Notes: generated by a model from the sequence alone, not told the origin. 64,000 bases of DNA from Candidatus Moraniibacteriota bacterium (GCA_030648835.1 JAUSGT010000002.1:89665-153664); one strand, 5' to 3'; positions 1 through 10,066 are shown, counted from the stretch's first letter. Numbers and translations are program-made.

Positions 1-312
1 AAAAAGAAGTATCAGACTTTGAGGCGGTAAGGGAGGAATCTGAGACGGAGATTTTGTAACTTTTTATAAAATGGATATTCAAGATCCCCTGAAAATTTTT
101 GTAATTTTTTTGAAAGTCGGTCTTAGTGGCCGACAGTTGAGTTGACGGTTATTTGATGTATTGGATGGCAAAGGTAGGAAGAACAAAAAGCAGCGCTATA
201 AAGCGTTTTTTGCTTATTTTTTCTGGAAAAAATAACAATTTGGCTGGCTTACTCAATATATTTTGGTACTTTGTTATTCTTAAGTGGAAGTTTTATTTTT
301 TAAAAAAGACAT

Positions 313-1164
313 ATGAAAAACACCACCAGATACAAGTTCCCATACTCAGACATTGAGTTGGCCGAGAAGATCAATAGCATATTGGAGGAATATGATGTTC
401 CTCTAACGTTGAGGCAGGTCTATTACCGGCTTGTGGCTCTTGGGCTGATGAATGCCCAGAAAGTGTACCAGAATCTCTCAGGGAAACTCTCGAGGCTTCG
501 AGAGCAGGGATTGGTTCTTTGGGAAAGGATTATTGACCTGAAGAGACAGCCTGAAAAGGAGCCATCGTGGACAAGTCCAGAGTCATTCTTTGAAACTGTC
601 AGCCAGTCGTACAAACGGGACTTACAGCAAGAACAGGCTAAGTATATTGAGGTTTGGTGCGAGAAAGCTGTCGCCATACGGCAGATCACTGATAAGTACG
701 ACGTGAGCCTACTGGCCGGAGGCGGCTATAGAAGCAGTTCAGCCCTCTACGAAGCCTCAAAACGCTTCAAGAATATTGGCAAGCCGATTGTCATACTATA
801 CCTAGGCGATTTTGATCCCTCTGGGTTGGATATTGAAAGAGACATAGAAACCCGTATGAGAGGAGTTTTTGACATCGAAGTAGATGTTCAAAGGGTCTTA
901 CTGGTTCTCCAGGACATAACTGACTACCAACTGTTGCCAAGCCCGGTAAAGCCTACGGATCCCAGGACAGCCGCGTATATAGCAAAATACGGCGTTACAG
1001 ATGTCTATGAGCTCGATGCCTTGCCGCCAAACGTTATAGCGGAGAAATTGGAAGAAGCTATTTGCAGAAATATGGACGTGGAGTTATACGAAACGCAATT
1101 GGCGAGACAGGAGCTGGACAATGCAGAAATCGACAAGTTCATAGAAAAAGGGAATATTTCTTAA
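313..1164 (+). CDS. Topoisomerase VI-A/Spo11-like (Mini-A-like) winged-helix + TOPRIM protein
   Basis: TLRQVYY (catalytic Tyr-like), EVWCEK, GGGY, YLGDFDPSG (DxD), ELDAL motifs. Confidence 0.8.
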   Translation: MKNTTRYKFPYSDIELAEKINSILEEYDVPLTLRQVYYRLVALGLMNAQKVYQNLSGKLSRLREQGLVLWERIIDLKRQPEKEPSWTSPESFFETVSQSYKRDLQQEQAKYIEVWCEKAVAIRQITDKYDVSLLAGGGYRSSSALYEASKRFKNIGKPIVILYLGDFDPSGLDIERDIETRMRGVFDIEVDVQRVLLVLQDITDYQLLPSPVKPTDPRTAAYIAKYGVTDVYELDALPPNVIAEKLEEAICRNMDVELYETQLARQELDNAEIDKFIEKGNIS

Positions 1165-1176
1165 AAAATCAATCTT

Positions 1177-1458
1177 ATGAAGCATTTTGAAATGTGTGAC
1201 GCGCCAATTTGTGCAGACAGAGAAGCGTACGAAAACAATCCCAACTGGCAGAAAACGGTGTCTTGGCATCCCGGTGAGGCGGTGTGCGGGATGAAGCCGT
1301 ATGCAAAATGGCAGAAACGACAAACAAAAATTAACCGTTGGCTGTTAGCTGGGAAGCTAAAATATCCCGAACTTTTCTTCACGGTGGAAACACTTTTACG
1401 AAAGAAATTGTTGTATCGAGGAATAAAGGGCGACAACCCGGATGCGGAGATAGGGTAA
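1177..1458 (+). CDS. Small Cys-containing hypothetical protein
   Basis: 93 aa ORF 12 nt after upstream gene; CDAPIC and WHPGEAVC. Confidence 0.6.
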   Translation: MKHFEMCDAPICADREAYENNPNWQKTVSWHPGEAVCGMKPYAKWQKRQTKINRWLLAGKLKYPELFFTVETLLRKKLLYRGIKGDNPDAEIG

Positions 1459-1660
1459 TTTGAAGAAAAAGTGCCACAGATGGGGCTGTCACAGAAGATG
1501 TAATGAGTAAATGGTGCCAATCTATGCCAAGAAAATAAAAAGCCTCAAATAAGCCTTCGATAACTTTAGTAGGACTGAGCTATAGTGAAAGCATTCTGTT
1601 AAGAGTTTTTTTGGGGAAAATCCCGATTGGGAGACTTGATTATAGGAACACATAAAGTGA

Positions 1661-2488
1661 ATGTTAAAACGCACTGATACAAAAATAATTATCTCTGGCT
1701 CCATAGTTGAAGTCCATTCTTACGTGGGTGAGCCATTGTATTATGGCTTTACTGTTTTCCCCAATAGTAAAACAAGAAGAAAGATCGAGGTCATTGATGA
1801 AGAAAGCCTGCTCCGAAAATCAGAATCAAGGAAAAGATCAATGAGAAGAGCCGGGTCAAATATTAGAAAGCTTGTGAATTCCAATGCGTGGCGATGGAAA
1901 AATTCAATAGGGATACCATATGAACCAATATTTGTCACGCTTACATTTAAAGATGATGTTCGAGATGTAAGAAAAGCTAATGCAGAATTTACACATTTTA
2001 TACGTCGTTTGAACTATAAAGTCTCCGGCAAATCCAATAAGTTTATTTTTAAGTACATATCGGTAATTGAGTTTCAAGACCTCAACCGGGGTGGAGTAAT
2101 ACACTACCATACCGTCTTCTTTAATTTACCAACTGCTGTAGCAGATATTCTTTCACAGATTTGGGGGCATGGGTTTATTGATAAAAAGAAAATAGAAGAA
2201 ATTGACAATGTGGGTGCTTATATTTCCAAGAGCTTATCTTCAGCGCACGATGATAGCCGTTTGGATGGAAATAAGCATTATTTTTCAAGTAGTGGGTTGC
2301 TTCAGCCAATCGAAATAAGAGAACAGGGTAAAGCCCAGGCTATTAAAAAGCTTCTTTTAGGAGAAAATATTGCTAAAGTAGTAGATAATTCCGACAGATA
2401 TCAAGGAAGAGTGGAGCGTGTTTCCTACCAACTGAATAAAAGCGAGACATTATCTGATACTATCCCGGAAGTATATAACTTACCATGA
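1661..2488 (+). CDS. Rolling-circle replication initiator (HUH endonuclease Rep)
   Basis: Motif I FVTLTF, EFQ..RGGVIHYH (HUH), IWGHGF, motif III AYISK. Confidence 0.85.
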   Translation: MLKRTDTKIIISGSIVEVHSYVGEPLYYGFTVFPNSKTRRKIEVIDEESLLRKSESRKRSMRRAGSNIRKLVNSNAWRWKNSIGIPYEPIFVTLTFKDDVRDVRKANAEFTHFIRRLNYKVSGKSNKFIFKYISVIEFQDLNRGGVIHYHTVFFNLPTAVADILSQIWGHGFIDKKKIEEIDNVGAYISKSLSSAHDDSRLDGNKHYFSSSGLLQPIEIREQGKAQAIKKLLLGENIAKVVDNSDRYQGRVERVSYQLNKSETLSDTIPEVYNLP

Positions 2489-2510
2489 ACAATTTAATTT
2501 TTAGAAAATT

Positions 2511-3056
2511 ATGGGAAATAAATATCTAGTCGAAGAATGTTTCTTCTTAACGCCCAGAGATGTTGGGAGAAGGTTTGATCGTATTAGGAAGTTAGGAACC
2601 AATATTCTTGAAGGGCGGGATGATATTTCATACTGGTTTGATGATATGTCTGAGCCGACTTGTCTTTTTGTTAGCGTAGATGGTCACGAGCCACAGAAAT
2701 TTATTTGGGAGCCAGTTGAACTGACATTTGGTGAAGCAGCTTATTTTCATTGTGGATGCGGGTACAAAGCACGAAAGTTATACTTACTCCCAAGTGGTAA
2801 TGAATTCAAATGCCGAAAATGCCATAACTTACGTTACGCACTCTCAGTCCTGAATAGCAAATCTATTGCAGGCAGGGTCATCTATCGTGCGAACCGCCTC
2901 CATAAACTTGCAAACAGCCGAGCATGTATGGGTAGGATTTTTTATGATGGTAACTTTACAAAAAGGTTTGAGAGATTCCTTGGTCTTTGCGATAAAGCGG
3001 GTCTGGAGGACATAGTCAGGGGTGCAAACGCTTTAAAAGAGCTGGTTAGGGGGTAA
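2511..3056 (+). CDS. Zinc-ribbon hypothetical protein
   Basis: FHCGCG..RKLY..FKCRKCHNLRY pattern. Confidence 0.7.
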   Translation: MGNKYLVEECFFLTPRDVGRRFDRIRKLGTNILEGRDDISYWFDDMSEPTCLFVSVDGHEPQKFIWEPVELTFGEAAYFHCGCGYKARKLYLLPSGNEFKCRKCHNLRYALSVLNSKSIAGRVIYRANRLHKLANSRACMGRIFYDGNFTKRFERFLGLCDKAGLEDIVRGANALKELVRG

Positions 3057-3185
3057 GTATTTCAACGAAGTCAGAATATTTGCCTTCTCTATTTACAGAG
3101 GAAACGTCATAGCACAAAGTGTCTTGTAGGAGTAGTTTTATTTTAGTTGCTGCAGAAAAAGTTACTTTCTGTTATAATACATCCT

Positions 3186-4220
3186 ATGGATTCAATATTG
3201 AGTACAATTGACCTCTTCGCTGGTATTGGCGGTATCCGCAAAGGCTTTGAAAGAGCTGGTTTTGAAACACTCTATGCGGCAGATATCGATGCGGGATGTA
3301 AGGTTACGTATGACTTAAACTATAAAAATACGCCACTCACTTTGCAGAGCGTGACGGATATTGTTCCGGAGACCCTTCCGAACTTTGGTGTATTGTTGGC
3401 TGGATTTCCCTGTCAATCCTTTTCTGTCGCTGGTGGCAAAGCAGGTTTTGCTGACAAAGGACGAGGGGATCTCTTTTTTGAAATAATGAAGGTGCTTGAA
3501 GTGAAAAAACCCGCTGCAGTATTTCTTGAGAATGTTAAACATTTAGCGAAACACGATCATGGTCGGACCTTCGTCATAATAAAGGAACTTCTTGAGCGCT
3601 GTGGCTACCATGTAAAATTTGCGATGATGAATAGTGCCGAATATGGCAATGTTCCACAAAATAGAGACCGCATATATATTGTGGGCTTTCGAGACATGAA
3701 TGTATCCAATGCATTTGAATTTCCATCAAAAAAGATTTTGGAGCATTCTATAACAGATTTGCTTGAGACTGATGTTCCAGAAAAATATTATTACAAAAAA
3801 GGTTGGCTTTATGACCGTATAAAAAGCTTGGGTATGAAGCGAGGGCTAATATATCAGTGGCGTAGAGTTTATCTGAGAGAAAATAAAAGTGGTGTTTGTT
3901 TCACCTTGACTGCAAACATGGGGATGGGTGGACACAACGTCCCACTTGTTCGAGATGCAAAAGGGTTGCGTCGCCTTACACCACGTGAGTGCGCTCATTT
4001 GCAAGGATTCCCTAAAGGTTTTAAATTGCCGACGTCTTTACCGGATTCTCGTTTATATAAACAGATTGGTAACTCTGTAACAATTTCTGTAGTGGAGCGT
4101 ATCGCTCGTAACATCCGTAAGGCATTGGAGACGCCTAAAAAATCATATCGAGTACGTGTTGAAAGGAGGGCATCCGTTGATCAACAGGTTACTAAATCAT
4201 TCGTTGAGCTGGTTACTTAG
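3186..4220 (+). CDS. dcm: DNA (cytosine-5)-methyltransferase
   Basis: DLFAGIGG (I), AGFPCQ (IV), ENV (VI), QNRDRIY (VIII), QIGNSV (X); ATG 3186 preferred. Confidence 0.95.
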   Translation: MDSILSTIDLFAGIGGIRKGFERAGFETLYAADIDAGCKVTYDLNYKNTPLTLQSVTDIVPETLPNFGVLLAGFPCQSFSVAGGKAGFADKGRGDLFFEIMKVLEVKKPAAVFLENVKHLAKHDHGRTFVIIKELLERCGYHVKFAMMNSAEYGNVPQNRDRIYIVGFRDMNVSNAFEFPSKKILEHSITDLLETDVPEKYYYKKGWLYDRIKSLGMKRGLIYQWRRVYLRENKSGVCFTLTANMGMGGHNVPLVRDAKGLRRLTPRECAHLQGFPKGFKLPTSLPDSRLYKQIGNSVTISVVERIARNIRKALETPKKSYRVRVERRASVDQQVTKSFVELVT

Positions 4221-4285
4221 TTAAAATAGCGTAGCGCTCTATTACCTCTGATTCGGTGGTATTTTTTGTTTTTCAAAAAAGTAAC

Positions 4286-4314
4286 TTGACAAAACGGTAG
4301 TAGGGGTATACTAT
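4286..4314 (+). promoter_or_regulatory. Sigma70-like promoter of the GHKL operon
   Basis: TTGACA-17 nt-TACTAT; short inverted repeat GCCCTT-gct-AAGGGC at 4330-4344. Confidence 0.55.
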
Positions 4315-4360
4315 TAGTAATAGCGTTATGCCCTTGCTAAGGGCGATATGTATAAAAATT

Positions 4361-4579
4361 ATGAAGAACCAAAAACGTATTCGCTTTGAACGCCTAGCTG
4401 TATATCGTACTAACGAAGTCCTGAAGCGCCTTAAGGTGCTTGGAAACTGTGGTAATCGTAGTGCATACGAATACAGTGAAGAGGAAATAAATAAAATATT
4501 TGCTGAAATAGAACGGAATGTTAGAGATTCACGTGCGAAGTTCCATTTTCCGAAGGGTCGTAAAGAATTCCGTCTCTAA
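4361..4579 (+). CDS. Small basic helical protein (RFxRLAxxRTN family)
   Basis: RFERLAVYRTNEVL..LGNCGNRSAYEYSEEEINKIF; 2 nt before next gene. Confidence 0.75.
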   Translation: MKNQKRIRFERLAVYRTNEVLKRLKVLGNCGNRSAYEYSEEEINKIFAEIERNVRDSRAKFHFPKGRKEFRL

Positions 4580-4581
4580 AT

Positions 4582-6477
4582 ATGCTCAAAGCTCAAAAGA
4601 AAAAAAAGAGTGAAGTTGTATTAGGCTGGCACTTCCCAGCCCTTGATCATGCCGACACAGAGGGGCTAAATGATCCGCTTTTGGGATACTTTGGTGGCGA
4701 TTATAACCAATGTGTGGCAAGAGAAGTGATCCAGAACTCCATAGATGCACGGGACGACACGGAATGCCCAGTGTTTGTTAAATTTGAAAAATTAAAACTA
4801 CCCATAGCAGATGTCCCTGGTATTGCAGAATTGAAAGAGCATATAAAAATTTGTTTGGCTCAGGCCAAAAGCGAACACAACGACAAAGCGGAAAAGCACT
4901 ACAGGGATGCCCTAAAGATTGCCACGGCAACGTCCATTGATGTTCTCAGAGCTTCTGACTACAATACGTCAGGTTTGGACGGTGTCGACGACGATAAAAA
5001 AGGGAAATGGCACCGGCTTGTGAAGGCGGTTGGAGAGAATCAGCTTACAGGGGCGGGTGGTGGATCATACGGTATTGGAAAAGGAGCACCTTTTGTTGCT
5101 TCTATGATGAGAGCAGTCTATTACTCTACAAAAAACTCTTCTGGTGAGGTTATTTTTCAGGGAAAAGCACGGCTACTTAGCCATCAGTGGAAGGGTAGTG
5201 ATTATCGCGGAGTAGGGTCGTTTGGCATCGAGGGCTATAAGTCTGTAAGAGAGGAAGGTAAAATCCCAGAAATTTTTATACGAGACAAACAAGGAACGGA
5301 CATCAATATCATAGGGTACAATGTAACGCCGTCATGGAAGGACGAACTTGCAAAGTCAGTGCTGGATAATTTTTGGATGGCCATACATTCCAACGACCTG
5401 GAAGTTATCATAAGTGATGGGGCGGATGAAATCAGTATAAACCGAGCAACCCTACCAGAACTTTTAGAGAAACATAGCCGGGATGAGGGCCTCATATATT
5501 ACCGCACGGTTATCAATCCGACTCGTACGTTCAAGAAGCAACTTCCTTTGCTTGGAGCCTGCACTTTCTATGTGCGCATTGAGGAAAGATTTCCGAGGGA
5601 GACAATATATATGCGACGACCAAAAATGCGGGTGAGCAAATGGCGTTTTCCAAAGACCTTACATGAACCGCATGCCGGATTGTTCATTTGCGAGGATGTA
5701 GAGGGGAATAAACTACTACGAAACTTAGAGCCTCCTGAGCATGATGAATGGAAGGCTACTCTAGATCCTCTGCAGGGGAAAGAAATCATAGCAGCAGTAC
5801 GTTCATGGATTACGGGGAATTTGAAGGAGTTGGCGGCGGAGGAAAGCGACGACTCAGAAGAAGTCCCTGGATTGGAGAAGTTTCTGCCTTACGATGAAGA
5901 CTCTGAGAAGGAATCACTTGCCAACAAGAGCAGGAGCAAGCCGGCGGACTTCGCGGAATTAGAAGAAGGGCCGGTTGAAGTTGGAGCTGAACGTGAGGAA
6001 ACCGAGGACGAAGTTGAGGATCATGTAAGGAAACCTTCAAGCCTCACTCCATCGAGTGGCGATGATCCAAATTATCGTCATGGCAATGGGAGCAGGCGCC
6101 ACCGTAGAGGGGGAGGCGGAAACAACAACGTGGACCCTGATGGTGACGCCATTAAGCGCATTGATACGTCCGCAGTAAAATTCAGAATTATTCATACTGG
6201 GCGATCAGAGATGGGAAATGCTGAGTACTGTCTCGTTATTGAGCCTCTTGCCGATGTAGAAGGGGCTATAGATGTTGTAGCTCTTGGGAACGACTCTACA
6301 GTGTACCCGATTCCACTTGCATATGCCGAACCTTGGGATAAAGAATCGGGTTCCTTCAGTATCGAAAAATCTTATATCAATGGACTGAAGCTTAAGAAGG
6401 GGAAAGAACTACGCATCAAGATTGGTACAATGTCGAAGTCTAGGTATGCCCTTGGTATAGAAAATTATGAAAGCTAA
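4582..6477 (+). CDS. GHKL (MutL/MORC/HATPase_c-like) ATPase-domain protein
   Basis: REVIQNSIDA (N box), DYNTSGL (G1), GGSYGIGKG (G2), GTDI (G3); acidic/Gly linker then C-terminal beta domain. Confidence 0.8.
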   Translation: MLKAQKKKKSEVVLGWHFPALDHADTEGLNDPLLGYFGGDYNQCVAREVIQNSIDARDDTECPVFVKFEKLKLPIADVPGIAELKEHIKICLAQAKSEHNDKAEKHYRDALKIATATSIDVLRASDYNTSGLDGVDDDKKGKWHRLVKAVGENQLTGAGGGSYGIGKGAPFVASMMRAVYYSTKNSSGEVIFQGKARLLSHQWKGSDYRGVGSFGIEGYKSVREEGKIPEIFIRDKQGTDINIIGYNVTPSWKDELAKSVLDNFWMAIHSNDLEVIISDGADEISINRATLPELLEKHSRDEGLIYYRTVINPTRTFKKQLPLLGACTFYVRIEERFPRETIYMRRPKMRVSKWRFPKTLHEPHAGLFICEDVEGNKLLRNLEPPEHDEWKATLDPLQGKEIIAAVRSWITGNLKELAAEESDDSEEVPGLEKFLPYDEDSEKESLANKSRSKPADFAELEEGPVEVGAEREETEDEVEDHVRKPSSLTPSSGDDPNYRHGNGSRRHRRGGGGNNNVDPDGDAIKRIDTSAVKFRIIHTGRSEMGNAEYCLVIEPLADVEGAIDVVALGNDSTVYPIPLAYAEPWDKESGSFSIEKSYINGLKLKKGKELRIKIGTMSKSRYALGIENYES

Positions 6478-7297
6478 AAATATATCATATCCATATCCCG
6501 TCCTTGGTAACGATGACGATGTAGAAGGCAAGTTCGATGCTTCTTTTAAGCATATGCTCAAAAGAGACAATATCATTCTCAAGTCTCGCTTTTCGCTGAA
6601 GAATAAAACGCTTGAAAGACTTATCAGGGAAAAGAAGGCTGTCTACACTGTAGAAGTAGAATGCCCGAGCACGTTTTATAGGAAGCTTTTTTCTACCATT
6701 GAAACGGAAGCAGATTTTGTTTTGTCTTCGACTGTGGTACGAGAGCATGTTTCCGTAGGCTTCTTTATCCGTGCGACAGAAACCTTAGCCGAATACGAGA
6801 TAACCGGGTGTCATGCTGATTATGAAGGCTTTAAATTCGATGTAGGGCCTGGGGATGTATTGGCGCTTGGTGGTTACACATCTTTCATTGCGGAAAAGGA
6901 TTTTGACCCGATGCAACCGGCTGTTTCGTCTCTTATTGCTATTAAACAGGGAAATAAGGATGTAGGGCCAATGGAAATCGACTATTCGCAAGACAAGATA
7001 TTCATCAAACTTTCCCGCAAAGATCATAAGAACTACTCGCAAATAAAAGGGCAAGTAACTATTGCTGGCGTACTTCATTCATCTATAGTGTTGCCGGTCC
7101 TGGCGGACGCCATCCAGCTTGTTTTGTCTGAAGACGAAGAAACGCAGGAGAGACATTGGTTTCGCCGGCTTGAAGTAATTTTGCGACATCAGGGTCTCGA
7201 GGGAGAGGATCCGCTAATTAGTGCCCAGAAAGTTTTGCACGGTCCAATCGAGCGTTGCTTGTCTGGGCTTGTGGAAACCGCTGAGGCAGATGAATAA
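6467..7297 (+). CDS. Hypothetical protein (N-terminal YPYPVL)
   Basis: 276 aa ORF overlapping the GHKL stop by 11 nt. Confidence 0.8.
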   Translation: MKAKNISYPYPVLGNDDDVEGKFDASFKHMLKRDNIILKSRFSLKNKTLERLIREKKAVYTVEVECPSTFYRKLFSTIETEADFVLSSTVVREHVSVGFFIRATETLAEYEITGCHADYEGFKFDVGPGDVLALGGYTSFIAEKDFDPMQPAVSSLIAIKQGNKDVGPMEIDYSQDKIFIKLSRKDHKNYSQIKGQVTIAGVLHSSIVLPVLADAIQLVLSEDEETQERHWFRRLEVILRHQGLEGEDPLISAQKVLHGPIERCLSGLVETAEADE

Positions 7298-7305
7298 AAA
7301 TTATT

Positions 7306-8109
7306 ATGAACCAAAACATTTTCAAGCGGATGTATGTAGCAGAACTCCGGGACAAAGTGCGTAGTGGCGAGTCACTGTGTGATTACCTCAAAAGGGAAGT
7401 CGAATATCCTACAGATGCAGTAATTGAATCTACAATTAAGATAGACTCTGAGAAACTCAAATTGAAGTATCGCGGTACGGGAGAATCAGCAAGCAATGAT
7501 CTAGAAAATGCTATTACTTTGTACGAGGCCTTTCCGGGGCTAACTGAAACGCAAGCTTCTGACTCGAGGCTTTGGACGTATCTTACTCATGTCACTCTAC
7601 GAGATTACGTTTTCGCTCGATGGCCACTTGAGGGTAGTTGCGAACAGATAAAGAATGATAGTAGGAAACAAGCAATTGTCGCTGATTTCATATTAAGTCA
7701 TTGGTTTGCTTCCGGTGGTAGTGATCGCCTACTTCGCCGCAATGCTGCCGCTCGCTTATGGTGGCCAGTACATCTTACGCACGCACCCTGGCTACGTGAA
7801 CCAGAATTCTTTGCAGACCTAGGAGCAAGTGACCCATACCGCTTTACGAAAATATTACTTTCCATGGAAAGCATATATGCGGAGGTGCTTGAGCGTGGAT
7901 TAGGTCGTGATAATCGTATACTCATAACCGTGTTGGAATTTCTTGAGGTAAACAAGGGTATCAAACGTGATCAAATTCGTAGTTTCATGAAAGAACTGAA
8001 CCTGTTTCTTTCCGTTAGAAACCTTTCCTTACTTTCGAGAAAGGGTATGAAAGAAGCAATTTTCAGTGTTGGCGGTGGAGCCATAGCTGAAATGGGACTT
8101 GATTTGTAG
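7306..8109 (+). CDS. DUF6339-like protein
   Basis: ASDSRLWTYLTH and RNAAARLWW motifs. Confidence 0.7.
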   Translation: MNQNIFKRMYVAELRDKVRSGESLCDYLKREVEYPTDAVIESTIKIDSEKLKLKYRGTGESASNDLENAITLYEAFPGLTETQASDSRLWTYLTHVTLRDYVFARWPLEGSCEQIKNDSRKQAIVADFILSHWFASGGSDRLLRRNAAARLWWPVHLTHAPWLREPEFFADLGASDPYRFTKILLSMESIYAEVLERGLGRDNRILITVLEFLEVNKGIKRDQIRSFMKELNLFLSVRNLSLLSRKGMKEAIFSVGGGAIAEMGLDL

Positions 8110-8120
8110 GGGGGAGACCT

Positions 8121-8642
8121 ATGGATTTTATATCTATTTATGTATCAGTTTCAAAACAGATATTAAATGACTATCAGTGGCTGGTCGGCATATTTTTCAC
8201 GGCCGGACTGTCATTGTTGGTATATTTTAGACTTCTTAGAATAAATAACTTTCTTGCATATTCCCAAAAATATCACGAGAACCTCAAATCATTTTTATTT
8301 CTTGAGAAGATCAATTATAAAAATGGAGAAATGGTCTATAGGGATTCAGGAGAAGATGTGGAAGAGCAGGACGCCCTAAATTTAACAGTCCTATATAATT
8401 TATTGTCTGAAGTCGGCCTGCTTTATAGAAGAGGGTTAATTAATCGGGATCTTGTATACCAGCACTTTGGGAATGTAGTCTACTCACTTTATACGCAGCA
8501 CAGAGATATCATTAGCCATATTCAAAGCCATACAAAAACAGATAATATTGAATTTTTATTTGAAGCTTTTAGCAAGAGAGGTGTGCGGTGTGATCGGATG
8601 AAGAAGTTGAGAAATTTTTTCTTTGGGAGAAAATCCAAATAG
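8121..8642 (+). CDS. Membrane-anchored DUF4760-like protein
   Basis: N-terminal TM; LYNLLSEVGLLYRRGLINRDLVYQHFG segment. Confidence 0.55.
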   Translation: MDFISIYVSVSKQILNDYQWLVGIFFTAGLSLLVYFRLLRINNFLAYSQKYHENLKSFLFLEKINYKNGEMVYRDSGEDVEEQDALNLTVLYNLLSEVGLLYRRGLINRDLVYQHFGNVVYSLYTQHRDIISHIQSHTKTDNIEFLFEAFSKRGVRCDRMKKLRNFFFGRKSK

Positions 8643-8839
8643 CTCACTATTTGATGATGATACATATGCCGGATCATGAGAAAAGGGCGGAGAAGCTGAA
8701 AGTGACGCATAGTTGATAAGTAGGTGAAACTGTTATATCCAGTGACAATTTGCTAATATGTGAATAAGCGCAACAATTGAATAGGAAAGTAGCCTAAAGT
8801 TGCCGGAGTTTTCTCCGGTAACCATGGTGAAAAATAAGT

Positions 8840-8940
8840 CTCGTCAGAGTAAAAAAACCGATCATTAGGTTTTGCTCTGACGAGCCATATCTGGAAACGG
8901 ATGTGGAGAGTGCAAACTCTCACCTAGTGGTCGGCTTTTT
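8840..8940 (+). ncRNA. Structured RNA (c4-antisense-like three-way junction) upstream of the HEPN-pAgo operon
   Basis: Stem 8858-8870/8922-8934; GNRA hairpins 8885-8906 (GAAA) and 8906-8921 (GCAA); 8870-8884 complementary to 8840-8854; U-run after. Confidence 0.6.
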
Positions 8941-8972
8941 GTATTTCAAGTGAGCAATTAATCAAAATCATT

Positions 8973-10061
8973 ATGAAAAAAGTTAATATAATTAAAAGCA
9001 TCGCATTTACACTTGCCATTTCAGTAGTATTGGCAATGGTTGCCACCTATGCATACAACAAGTTTTTTGCATGGGATCGCTATTGGGATGGTACGGTTGT
9101 TCGATCGAATGAGAAAGTTGCGTTTACAACTAAATACCTTATTGGACTCCTTGGTGCGGAAAAAGTTGCAAAATTGACACAGGATGACATAAAAAACAAT
9201 CTTTCAAATTTAGGATATAATTTATTTTTTGAAATACGTAACGGTCAGTCACTAGTCACCAGTTCTTTTGCCTCATATTCTTCTGCAACGGAAGAGCGTT
9301 ATTCATTACCGTGTTCCACTTCTGAAAAACAGCCATGCTCGGTTACTTTACTTGAAGATAAGGGTGCTCCAGCCAGAAACCTAAACCTTAAATTCCAGGA
9401 ATGGTTGACTAGCGGTGTCAAGGATCCTCTGAATCAGAAGTATGATAATTTTACGATATTCTTCTTATTTTTTCTCTTGTCAATTTTTCCTATAATAACA
9501 TCTTTGAAAATGAGGGGAGAAGTTAAAGAATTACGGCTCCGTGAAAGTTTGATTAAAAAAAGTGCTGCTCTTGAAGAGATTGAAAAGAAATACTACTTAT
9601 TGGATCGAAACAATTTGGATGTAGCAATTACAAAAGTCGAGTTAAAACTTCGGGAAAAAACCCACGAAATTTTATCAAAGGCATACGGTAATAATTATTT
9701 TGAACTAGATATTGCTATTCCTAAAAAGACAAAAGAGAAAATCCAACAGGAAATACACGAAAGAAGAGAAAACACACTAGAATATGCAACAATAGGGGCT
9801 TATGAACATATAATTTGCTCCATAAAGACCTTAAACTATCCAAATAACCCAGATAACTACCATTTGTTTGAAGAAATTTTTGGTAAAGATAACGGGGGAA
9901 AAACCAAGGGATTTTTAGCCTTACTCACTAGAATACGTAATCTAATAAGGCACGAGCAACCAATAGATAATCCTGATTTGCTAGCGGGAGCCGCAGCAGT
10001 TGAATGGTTAGCGAGAAGTCTTGATATATCTCTTAATGATGATGAGTCCAAACAATCCTAA
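8973..10061 (+). CDS. Two-TM receptor-like protein with C-terminal Swt1-like HEPN RNase domain
   Basis: TM ~10-28, ~130 aa external domain with Cys pair, TM ~160-178, coiled coil, ELKLR..LEY..LFEEIF..R322NLIRH327 (RxxxxH). Confidence 0.75.
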   Translation: MKKVNIIKSIAFTLAISVVLAMVATYAYNKFFAWDRYWDGTVVRSNEKVAFTTKYLIGLLGAEKVAKLTQDDIKNNLSNLGYNLFFEIRNGQSLVTSSFASYSSATEERYSLPCSTSEKQPCSVTLLEDKGAPARNLNLKFQEWLTSGVKDPLNQKYDNFTIFFLFFLLSIFPIITSLKMRGEVKELRLRESLIKKSAALEEIEKKYYLLDRNNLDVAITKVELKLREKTHEILSKAYGNNYFELDIAIPKKTKEKIQQEIHERRENTLEYATIGAYEHIICSIKTLNYPNNPDNYHLFEEIFGKDNGGKTKGFLALLTRIRNLIRHEQPIDNPDLLAGAAAVEWLARSLDISLNDDESKQS

Positions 10062-10066
10062 AAGAT

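Noticed and set aside
313-6477. TopoVI-A-like gene + GHKL gene as a split topoisomerase VI
   Set aside because: They are 3.4 kb apart in separate transcription units, and the GHKL protein shows no recognisable TopoVI-B features beyond the ATPase motifs
8973-10061. SIR2/TIR-APAZ partner or histidine kinase
   Set aside because: No SIR2, TIR, H-box or kinase ATP-lid motifs; the C-terminus fits HEPN RxxxxH
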